Assembly (NCBI RefSeq): GCF_006345805.1
Contig: NC_043005.1
Span: forward strand, 62,186,001-62,250,000
Source of the DNA: Octopus sinensis
Taxonomy: Eukaryota
DNA length: 64,000 bases
Reading direction: 5' to 3'
Shown here: positions 51,984-62,599 of the stretch, one piece after another
Position numbering within the stretch: position 1 is the first letter of the stretch
Layout of the letters: each line of letters opens with the position of its first letter
Position numbers and translations under genes: made by a program
The notes under the pieces: generated by a model
Database searches by the model: none
Seen by the model: the letters and a program-made list of their open reading frames with translations, nothing else
What the model was told of the DNA's origin: nothing

Positions 51984-52148
51984 TACGACGGGCTTCTTTC
52001 AGTTTCCGTCTACCAAATCCACTCACAAGGCTTTGGTCGGCCCGGGGCTTTAGCAGAAGACACTTGCCCAAGATGCCACGCAGTGGGACTGAACCCGGAA
52101 CCATGTGGTTGGTTAGCAATCTACTTACCACCCAGCCACTCCTGCGTC
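51728..52148 (-). mobile_element. Young full-length family B SINE (antiparallel to the 46118 and 46818 copies)
   Basis: The reverse complement matches the 46118 head at about 90% or more by eye. Tail ctcttttactcttttac at 51733. Confidence 0.92.
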
Positions 52149-53459
52149 TATTAATATACCTTCTATTCAAATTTTAAAAGAACTCTGAAAATTTGTGAAC
52201 TTATAAGTTTTTCATTTAAACTGAACTTAAAATAATAACATATTGGTAGGGTATCAATAAATACTTTATCATTATTGCTCTCCTGAGTTCTGGGCCACAG
52301 GCGCAATTATCCCCTTGCAGGAGCTAGCTTAAAAGTCTGTACGGAGTGTAGCTTTTAAGCTAATACAGTATAAACTATAAGCATCAACTTTTAGAATAGG
52401 TACATGATATTCTTGCACATTCTAAGAAGTAATTAAAAGGGTTGGTGACAGCAAGAGCATCCAGCTATAAACCACTACCTCAGAAAAACCCTCTAGACCA
52501 TGCCAGCATAGAAAAGTGGACATAAAATGTTGCTGCTGTTGATGATAATGATGTTCAGATGATGTCGTAACTACCTAAATGATACTTTATGAATAAAAAG
52601 GACTAATAAATATGCATATATTATAGTTCTTTGCGGTGCAATGTTACATAACAAAGTCTGTATTGAAGATCAGTTATTACATCCAATATATGTTATATTA
52701 AATGTGCAATAGACTGATATTATCATTATTTAATTATCATTGTTTATAATAAATTGAAATACTAGCACTGAAAAACCTGAAATCTTTAAACAATAGATGA
52801 GTATAATATGTGTTCTGATTATTGTACCATGTTTCTTTTATAGCAGTTTGAAATATATCTCTTTTATTCCTGATTCTATGATATTAACCTCTCTTTTACT
52901 TTTGTCCACAGATCAGAACTTTTATTTTAGAATTCTTTATCTTATACTTATTATTTATGTCTTTTGTCATTTGATTTAGTTATGTTGTATTTTGGTGATG
53001 AATTATTACATTTAAACATAGAACCATCACAATTAGTTACAGAATTTGAGCTTTACTTTTACTTATGCTGATGAACAGAAAGAGAATTTTAGATCTTTAT
53101 ATATTATTTGTTTAATGCCTGATTTTCCATGATAGCATGGGTTAGGTGAATACCCATAACTAAGGTACTGTTTTACATCTGGATGGATGCCTTTCTTGCC
53201 ATTAAGCCATGCCTGTATTCAAATAAGAGATTACTCAATATAATTTGACCACTGGTTGAATTAAAAGTCAACTGATATCAAATACTAGTATGAATATCAA
53301 TATCTCTAAATTTTCAAAGATCTAAAGAGAGAAAAATCTGGATGTAGTTTTTTTTTTTTTCTGCAAACAAAACTGTCCAACATTGCATAAATCTTTTAGA
53401 ACTAAGTTTTGCAGCACAGAAGATTAGTAAATAATCCTGTCATTATTATTCTCATAGAG

Positions 53460-53680
53460 TAAGGTGGAGAGCTGGCAGAATCGTTAGCATGTCAGGCAAA
53501 ATGTTTAGTGGCATTTTGCTAGTCCTTATGTTCTGATTTCAAGTTCCACCGTGGTTCACTTTTCCTTTCATCCTTTCATAGTCAATAAAATAAGTACCAG
53601 TTGAGTACCAGGGTCAATATAATTGACTTACCCGCTCTCGTAAAATTGCTGGCCCCCTGCCAAAATTTGAAACCCTTATT
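53460..53680 (+). mobile_element. Family C SINE copy with tRNA-like head
   Basis: ggtggagagc TGGCAGAATCG ttagcatg … ttcaagttcc … tttcatcctttc … ccaaaatttgaaacc. Confidence 0.8.
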
Positions 53681-54294
53681 ATTCTCACAGAGTGGACTTG
53701 AATTTGTTCATTATTTCTTTTCAGCCATTTGGAAACCAGACAATTTCTTGCTCATCAATAATACATGTATGAAATATACTTTACTATATTCCTACATTAT
53801 AAAACCTTCTTGATGACCTTAATTTTTGGTTAATTTGTTACTTGACCCAATTTTGAAATATCTGGACATTAATGAACAAGTTATCTAAGATTCTACAATA
53901 TTTACATTGTTCTTCATAATATTTACATCTTCTTTATTTATATTAATAGTTATTAAATATAAATAATTTCAATGAAGTATCTCATTTCACGAATCATATT
54001 TCTAATTTCAATGTGGCTCGGGGGGGGGGGGGCATTTGGTTGATATTTCTAGCAATTCAAGTGACCATATGACGCAGGCAACTTTTTGGGAAGCAGGCTA
54101 CCTGGAACACAGCTCATCATTAGGCAGGCTAACCTACTAAAAAAGTGGTAGGTATTCTTTTGTTAGTTGTTTCACAGGCTGCAGATTGCCCATGATTGAT
54201 ATAAAAGCTTTCCATTAAAGGTAGGCAGAGATTAATAGGCTGAGGTAAAAATATATAGTCAAATGATCTGAATATGCCTTTTTCTTCTCCTCCT

Positions 54295-54485
54295 CGTCAT
54301 TCAGTGTCCATTTACCATGCTGGCATGGGTGGAACGGTTTGACAAGAGTTGACCAGCCAGAGAACTGCCCAGGCTCCAATTGTCTGTTTTGACATGGTTT
54401 CTATGGCTGAATGCCCTTCCTAATGCCAACCACTTTACAGAGTGTACTGGGTGCTTTTAAGTTGGCACCAGCATGGGTGCTTTAT
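54295..54485 (-). repeat. Older family A copy
   Basis: ccatgctggcatgggt…gcccttcctaatgccaaccactttacagagtg. Confidence 0.75.
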
Positions 54486-57400
54486 ACAGGGATGCTTTAA
54501 TTTTATATGTTGTTAAAACTTATTTTACGATCTCTTGATGAATTTATACCAAAGTAGACACTACAGCACAGCCAACATCTTTCATCAAATACACTAGTTT
54601 TTGTTAAATTATTATTTCGACATAGATTTTTGACTTCCTTCTTTCTTACAATGTACATATGAAATAAATATTGCTAGTAATATAACCTTGAATATTGTCG
54701 ATATTTTTATAAGCATAAGCATAAAAAAACATGTTTATTTAATTTTAATTTTATTTACGGCTAAGTAGAAGAAGGATGAGCTTTTTTCAGGGCTTCCTGG
54801 ATTGGTAGGAAGAAGTTACCGTCAGACTGGATATTTAGAAATGCAATGGATTCTGCAAAAGGAATCCAAGAATGAGAGATGGAGGTGAGGGTTGGGGGGA
54901 TATTAAACTGGTCATAAAATGATTTCTAATTAAATGAAGAAATTGAAATGTATTGTGACCTCCTTGATAATAGATTCAAAACTGTATCAATCTGGTTAAG
55001 TGCAATACTTAAATATCTAAGAAAAATACTTTGAAATTCTGATGATTTTGATTGTAACTTCATCAATTAGATTAGTAAATTACTGTAGGTCATTGCAAGT
55101 GAAAAGATCATATACAGAGAAGTTCAGAAATAATATCTAATTAAAATTAATGTGTAGAGAACAAAAGTCTGAATATATGTTATACAATAATAGAATTTCT
55201 TCAAATTAACCAAAGATATTATCTGTTTATTACTATAATATACATGTGTCTATGAGTGGGTGTTTGAACATTTGCAATTGTCTTAAACTCTAAATGCACA
55301 TTTTTACCAACTTTTAAATTCTTAAATTCTGAGGGAGATGAGTCAGGAATGTATTTGTTATTCAAGGAATCTTTCTTGCCTAAAGGCATGACATGTCTTT
55401 AGACAACCCAAGAACAGAAGCTTCTTTGTAGTTGCTTCATTTGCTGAAATAACATCTAAATCTCTCTCGAATCACATTCTACTGTTCTTAAAAAATTAAG
55501 ACTCACTGGATGATGATAATAGTCTCTCTCATGTTGATTTTTCATAAATGAGCATCAAGTCATTTGATCAAGTGAGTAACCTGCTCACTGAATGAGCATA
55601 TAAAGTAGCTGAGTATTTGATAGACATATGTATTTCAATGATATTCTCTGGTAGAATTAGTATGGCACAAGTGTTATAAACTTGGACCTTTTGAAGTACA
55701 GATGCAATCTATCTTAAGGGTTTCTACAATTTCTGTCCAGACAAATTCACTCACAAGTTTTATGTCAACCAAGGTTAAAATAAATGTACTTGCCCAAGAT
55801 GCCACCAGTAAAATTGAACTCAAGCCTGCTTGATCAGGGTTGGTCTGGGGTTAAACACCAAAAACAACATATCTACAGTAGCAAAGTTTTAATTCATATC
55901 ATATCTTGTAGTCAAGTATTTTAATTTAAAATCCAGTTTGTCTACTAATATTGAATTTATTTTCTATTTTATCAAACTATATATATTTTTATACTAACAT
56001 TAAATATAATTTTTTTAATATTTTATTAATATATTAAGATTGTTAATTTCCAGGCAAGTAAGTATTTTAGTTAATGCCAAAAGATATCATAAAAATACGA
56101 TAAAATAAAATTGAAAACAATTGATTAATTTAAAAATAATATCTTATCTTGTGAATCAAATAATATAAAAGAAGTCCATTATAAACGCTGGATAAAATAT
56201 TTTTGCATTTGAAATGATTCTTTATTTTAAAATGTTAGTTCAGGAAATAGCTGAAAATATTTCTATGTGGAAAGGAAATATAATATGAAAAATAAGTGAT
56301 TGTCTTTGTAGTTAAAATTTAATTGAATATGCAAGCTATGAACTTAAATAGAAACCTTTTAAGCTGATGCATTTGCAATGTTCTATCTCATTTATTTGTT
56401 TACACACACACACACACACACACACACAGAGAAACTTTTTCTTTTGATTTAGTTTCGTGCAGAATTAAATGAAGCTTCAGTTTCAAAATAGATTTTCAAC
56501 TTTCTCTTATGAAATAGCTTCATTACAACTACAAAAGAAAAAAAAAGCCTGAAATACTTATTTAAAGACTGCTCCCTTAATCTCACAGTTGAAGATTATT
56601 TAGGATGTAGTTAATATAAGAACTTTGACATGTATTAACTAAAATTTTTGTAAGAAAGAGAGTTATAAATTTCGAGTAAAGAATCAATATTTTAAACAAA
56701 TTTCTAAAATCATACTATCTTTGTTCAAGTGGCTCTTGAAATTATCTTTTAGAATAAATATATTATGGATGATATTTATATTAACTTATCAGCAATTATG
56801 AGATAATTCTCAAACAGAATTACTTAATATGATATAATAATTACAAATATAAAATAGTGATATAGGAATTATTGAAGTTGATGATTTTTAAAGCTATTTA
56901 TTCACTGATGCTGACATGAACATTAAATCATACAGAAACAAAATTTTCACAACATAGAAACAAAATGCAGCAAAACTAAAAATGAATTATATAAACTAGA
57001 AAAATCCTTCATTACATCACAGAAACTGATATTAAAATATTTATGAAAAGTGGGTTTTAGGCATTAAACAAGAATAACATTGTTTTGAAGAAGAGCTAAA
57101 TATAATTGCAATTTGTTTCAGTACCTGAAAAATGTTGCACTAGATTTGATATTAAAATGACTATTATGGAAGTGGGGGGAAAAAAATCAATGGTTTGTGG
57201 TATTTAAGAATGACAGATCATTCTGAGATAATATAACATATTACATTAATGTAGTTATTGACACCTGTACTTTTCCTTATATGCTAAGTGACATTTCTTA
57301 ATTCAAACAAATATCAATATATGTGTGCATATATATACATACACATGAACATGCTTTAAAAATTCCTTGGTGATGATATTACAAAGAAAACTTTGAGATC

Positions 57401-57971
57401 AAAGAAGAATAGGAAATATTAAATTAGCAAATAATTGTAAAAGAAATAAAACAAACTTTGACATACAGCATTGACTGGAAAACTAACAGAACATAAAAGA
57501 GAAATATATGAAATATGAATCAGGAGAATGTAGTCATCAAAGAAATGATAATCAATAATAGATTAGTGTATTAATTAAAGAGGAAAAGAGGCTTGGTAAG
57601 TAAATATTTAAAAGAAAAAAGAATTAGATTAACATCCAGTACAGCCGGAAGAAAGAAGCGGAAAAAAAGATAAGATGTAAGTGAGACCACCCCCACACAT
57701 TTATATTTATTAATACACGTGATGATTGTATGTGTGAATATATATATATCTTGTGTGTACAGTAAGAAATAAGATGTATAGGTTAGAGCTCCATGTAGAT
57801 TAACATTATCCAGTCAACTTCCAGTACAGTGGTTAGTTGACCACTGTACTTAGTAGTAATACTAGTTATCATATATAGGAAGAAACTAAGATGAATAACA
57901 GTTTGAATATTTAGTTACTAGAGAAATATTTTATTGCATTCTGTTACAGAAATCAAATATACATATATGTA

Positions 57972-58125
57972 CGCTCACGGAGTGGTTGGCATTAGAAAGG
58001 GTATCCAGCTGTAGAAAAACTGCCAGATCAGACTGGAGCCTAGTGCAGCCTCCTGGCTTCCCAGACCCTGGTCGAACCGTCCAACCCATGCTAGCATGGA
58101 AAACGAACGTTAAACGATGATGATG
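57972..58125 (+). repeat. Family A copy
   Basis: ctcacggagtggttggcattagaaagggtatccagctgtag…cgttaaac(gat)n. Confidence 0.9.
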
Positions 58126-58704
58126 TATGTATATAAGTATGTATATATAAGTATATATACATATGTAAGTACATATAAGTATATATTTATTATTCTTATA
58201 CAAGAATGTTGTTGAGTTTCAGTCAGTTAAGTCATTGTCTGATTGCTTAACTGGCCAAAACTTCAAAGTCACTGTCAACAATATTCTTGCATAAGAATGA
58301 TAAATTTAATCTCTACAAAAGTATAAAGTATAAAGTAACCCATCAAATTAAGGTTTTTATTATAATTGAACATAACCACAAATACTAATATAAATGTGTG
58401 TGTGTGTATATATATATGTGTGTGTATATATATGTGTGTGTGTATGTATATGTGTGTATATATATATATATATGCACGCACACACCACACACACAAACAC
58501 AATAAGTACATTTTGTGCTAATCTAACTTCCTGTCCAAAGTTAATAAAAGTGTTCTTAATTAATAATATACCATCTCATTTTAGAACAGTTCAGAATCTG
58601 TAATATTCATAAGATGGACTCCTGTATAGTGTCTCTCAACCTACACATGATGGCAATAAAATATTTTTTTACAAATCCTTAACATCGAAATGAGAACTAG
58701 CTAC

Positions 58705-59222
58705 TCATCATCATCATCATCATCATCGTTTAACGTCCGTTCTCCATGCTAGCATGGGTTGGACGGTTCGACCGGGGTTCTGGGAAGCCAGAAGGCTGCA
58801 CCAGGCTCCAGTCTAATCTGGCAATGTTTCTACAGCTGGATGCCCTTCCTAACGCCAACCACTCCGTGAGTGTAGTGGGTGCTTTTTACGTGCCACCTGC
58901 ACAGGTGCCGGGCGAGGCTGGCAACGGCCACGGTCGGATTGGTGTATTGTATGTGCCACCGGCACGGAAGCCAGTCGAGGCGATGCTGGCATCGGCCACG
59001 AGTCGGATAGTGCTTTTTACGTACCACCAGACCAGGGATCCTGGCTGGTTCAATTCGATTTCGATTTCGCTTGCCCCAACATGTCTTCACAAGCAAAGGG
59101 GGTTGGCATGGGTGCCTGTCGTACGGTCACATTGGAGTATTTTACGTGCCACGGCCACGAGTCGGATAGTGCTTTTTACGTACCACCAGACCAGGGATCC
59201 TGGCTGGTTCAATTCGATTTCG
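58705..59222 (-). repeat. Long family A copy with modular 5' extension and a perfect 71-bp internal duplication
   Basis: (CAT)n tail at 58705; 58993-59063 is identical to 59152-59222. Confidence 0.92.
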
Positions 59223-59664
59223 CTGAAGACAATGATATAGTCACAATAAATATAAAGCGATCAAGTCTAGAGCACAAATTGACATGAATGAATCACATGG
59301 AATAACATTTATGCTCATGTAGAGACTATTCAGAAACCTTATGGCATGAATTGTTCCAATAGAAAAATTACCAATCTGAAAGTAAGCACCTTTTAAAAAT
59401 GGCCTTAATATGTCTGCCAAGCTTGCAAGTGTAATGTTTTTTCAAGGATCCATTATCCATAAATAAGATCTTCCGACTCGTAGAAACTATATAAAGATTT
59501 AACAGCAGAGATATTTAACTGTTCTTTTTATCTTTTTATCTCTCCTTTTCTTCTTTCTAGTTTTTACTTTTGTTTAAATTTATTTTATTGTGTAAGGGTT
59601 ATTAAATACTTTCTAAATCTCTTATGGCCTGCCAGCTTTACATGAATTTTGAAATTGAGTTATC

Positions 59665-60030
59665 TTTTATCTTTTACTTGTTTCAGTCATTAGACTGCAG
59701 CCAAGCAAGGGTACCACCTTGAAGAATCTTAGTTGTATCAAACAACCCCAGTACTTAATTTTTTTAAAGTCTGGTACTTGTTCTATTTGTCTCTTTTAAT
59801 GAACCACTAGGTTACGGGGCTGTAAACATATCAATACTGGTTGTCAAGCAGTGGTGAGGGACAAACACACACACTTCTTTCAGTTTTCATCAACCAAATC
59901 CACTCACAAGGCTTTAGTTGACCTGAAGCTATTGCAGAAGACACTTGATCAAGATGTCACACAGTGGAACTAAACCTGGAACCATGTAGTTGAGAAAGAA
60001 ACTTCCGACTATACAACCATACCAGTGCAG
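59665..60030 (-). mobile_element. Older family B SINE
   Basis: cttttacttgtttcagtcattagactgcag…caaatccactcacaaggcttt…gaagacacttgatcaagatgtcacacagtggaactaaacc. Confidence 0.8.
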
Positions 60031-61717
60031 TAAGAAGTAAATAAATAACAAAATAATTTGGGGCCTAGGAATCAATGATATTTTGGATATTTGAAATAAC
60101 TCATTATAGAGCAGAACAATACCAAATATTTATGATTGTTGTGGAAAATGGTTTTGTTTGTAATATAGCATTAAATGACAAAAGTGAAAAAAAAAAAAAA
60201 GACTTTAAAGACAAGGTTGCCATCAAAACAAAAATCAACAAAAATGATTTTAGTGAAGGTCTAGACTCTTCCCAGAACCATAAAGGTAAAATCTCCTAGG
60301 GAATCCGTCAGGTCAATGATCTACTAGAAATAGCATTCAAAGCTTTCTGAAACCACACCATAACATTTTAAACAAAGAAGAATATATTTAAATAATGTAA
60401 TACTGGACATATTGTGTCTGAAAATAATGTGGAACGATAATGGCTAGAATATCTTTGATCATAGATTGTCTGATTATAGCCATTTTCGGAGTAAACAAGT
60501 GCATACTAATTCAGAACATGTACATTTGAAAACAGCAAACATAATGCATTAACAAGTCAATCTTACATTATTTCACACCTAATTTCAATATAGTAGGGCA
60601 ACAAATATTTTAACTAAGCTAGAAACATTAAACTCAGTCATCAAACTAATAGTAGATTCTCATCAATATTACCTGTTACCCAGATGACTTTGGATAAACA
60701 ACTACCCATTATCATTTGAACACATTCACACACATAAAAATATTTACCAATTGCAATATTGATTCTGGAACTAAATTCTGCACTGAGTTACCAACCACTA
60801 ACTCAGACTGAAATAAAGAACATAATACTCTTTGAACTGTGATACTGCATTCTACATAAACTGTTACTCCATATAGAATGTGTTGTCTGATCAGACTGAA
60901 GCATGTATCCTAATTTGCTTGATAAGAGCTGACCATCATTATAAAGCAACATTAACAATAATATTAACATCACCAACAACTACAAATCCTTAAAACCTCC
61001 ACTAAATGTTATTGATGTTAATCTGAGGTCATCCACGATCTAAGGTGTTATGTCTATATCCATTTTGCAATTTTCTATATCTAGAAATTTTCTATATCTA
61101 TATATTGCTCAGTGTGTCCTTCTTTTTAAGGTGGTAGATTGTGAATGGAAAGAGATGAGGATGCTATTTTGAGTAGGTCACGCGACCATGTGGAAGGATC
61201 CCCTCATTATCTTATCTCTACCAAATTACCAAAAGTTGGTGCTCGAAATTGCATTTGGTTTCTTAAGAACTACCAAAAATGTAAGAAATAATTAATTTCA
61301 GAAAACAACCAAAAACAAAAGAAATAACAAAAATTCAGTTCCAATTAGGATACGTTTTGCAATTTTTTTTTAAATCAATAAATGCCACTGTCAGGCAAGA
61401 ACATTGTAATGCTCAAAATTGCAGCATTAAAATAACTAGAAACAATGACTCACTAAAATTACTTGAGAAAATGGTATTAAAAAAAAATTGACAAGGAAAC
61501 TATAATGAAATGCCTGGGAGATAGGTGAGCAATATAATTAATGGTGTAACAAATATAAATCTCTACCTGATATATCTACATCACCAGATATATAATCAGC
61601 CATGTAGAAATGGCTTGTGGCTGATGTAGAAGAAAAAGAAAAAAAGTCTACATATATATCTATTTTTTCATATACATATATACATGCATGTATGTATATT
61701 TTATAAATATATATATA

Positions 61718-61760
<43 letters not shown>

Positions 61761-62255
61761 TTATGTCTGTATGTGTTTGTTTATATATATATAAAAATAT
61801 GAACTATTTCTCACAGTAATATACAATTTAGATTTTAAGAATATAATAAAAAATATTGTTAGTGAGGAATCTGTGATGTGTTTTTAGAAATGTCGAACAA
61901 AAATGAAAAAAAAAAAAACAAGAAAGAAGTGAGAAGAATATATAATATGAATGGAAAGTAATATCAGAAGTAGAACAAACATCAGTCTAAAGTTCACTAA
62001 CAACATAGACTTTGAATCAAGTAGAATTAAACTATGAACAGAAATACTAAACAGTGTAATTCTTTCTACAGCATCTGAAATTTTGGGGAAGGGGATTAGT
62101 TGATCAAATTGACTACAGTACTCAGCTGGTACTTATTTTTATTGAAGCTGACTACAGTGCTCAGCTGCAGTTCTATATTTAAGAGATGAGGAAGTATGTA
62201 CATTATTTACATTATTTACAATTGACGGATATTTGTCCCCATCTTGTTTGTTGTT

Positions 62256-62301
62256 AACACGACGTTTCGGCTGATATACCCTCCAGCCTTCATCAGGTGT
62301 C
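62256..62301 (-). ncRNA. Intact minimal type I hammerhead ribozyme (Penelope-type), GUC cleavage site
   Basis: 5'-GACAC CUGAUGA A GGCUG gaggguauau CAGCC GAAAC GUC^GUGUU-3'. Stem I GACAC/GUGUU, core CUGAUGA and GAAA, 5-bp stem II, loop-less palindromic stem III (ACGU). Predicted cut between 62261 and 62260. One extra A follows A9. Confidence 0.8.
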
Positions 62302-62556
62302 TTGGGGAAATTTCGAACCTGGGTTCTCATTCCTAATGTATTTTTCGATGTTGTTGTTGTTGTTGTTGCTGTTGTTATTATTATTCAGGTAACTGCCTGG
62401 AATCGAACTCAGAATCTTGGGGTTAGTAGCCCATGCTCTTAACCACCACACCATATGCCCACGGGCATACGGTGTAGTGACCTGAATAATAATAATAATA
62501 ATAATAGCAGTGAAAAATACCTTAAGAATGAGAACCCAGGTTTGAAATTTCCCCAA

Positions 62557-62599
62557 GACACCTGATGAAGGCTGGAAGGTATATCAGCCAAAACGTGTT
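62557..62599 (+). ncRNA. Degenerate hammerhead motif (G12>A, 3-nt deletion)
   Basis: GACAC CUGAUGA A GGCUG gaagguauau CAGCC AAAAC GUGUU. Confidence 0.55.

Noticed and set aside
57640-57680. CCGGAAG/GCGGAA ETS-like motifs with a plus-strand gtaagt (possible promoter or first exon)
   Set aside because: Only two CpGs in a purine run, no CpG-rich context and no downstream plus-strand exons found.
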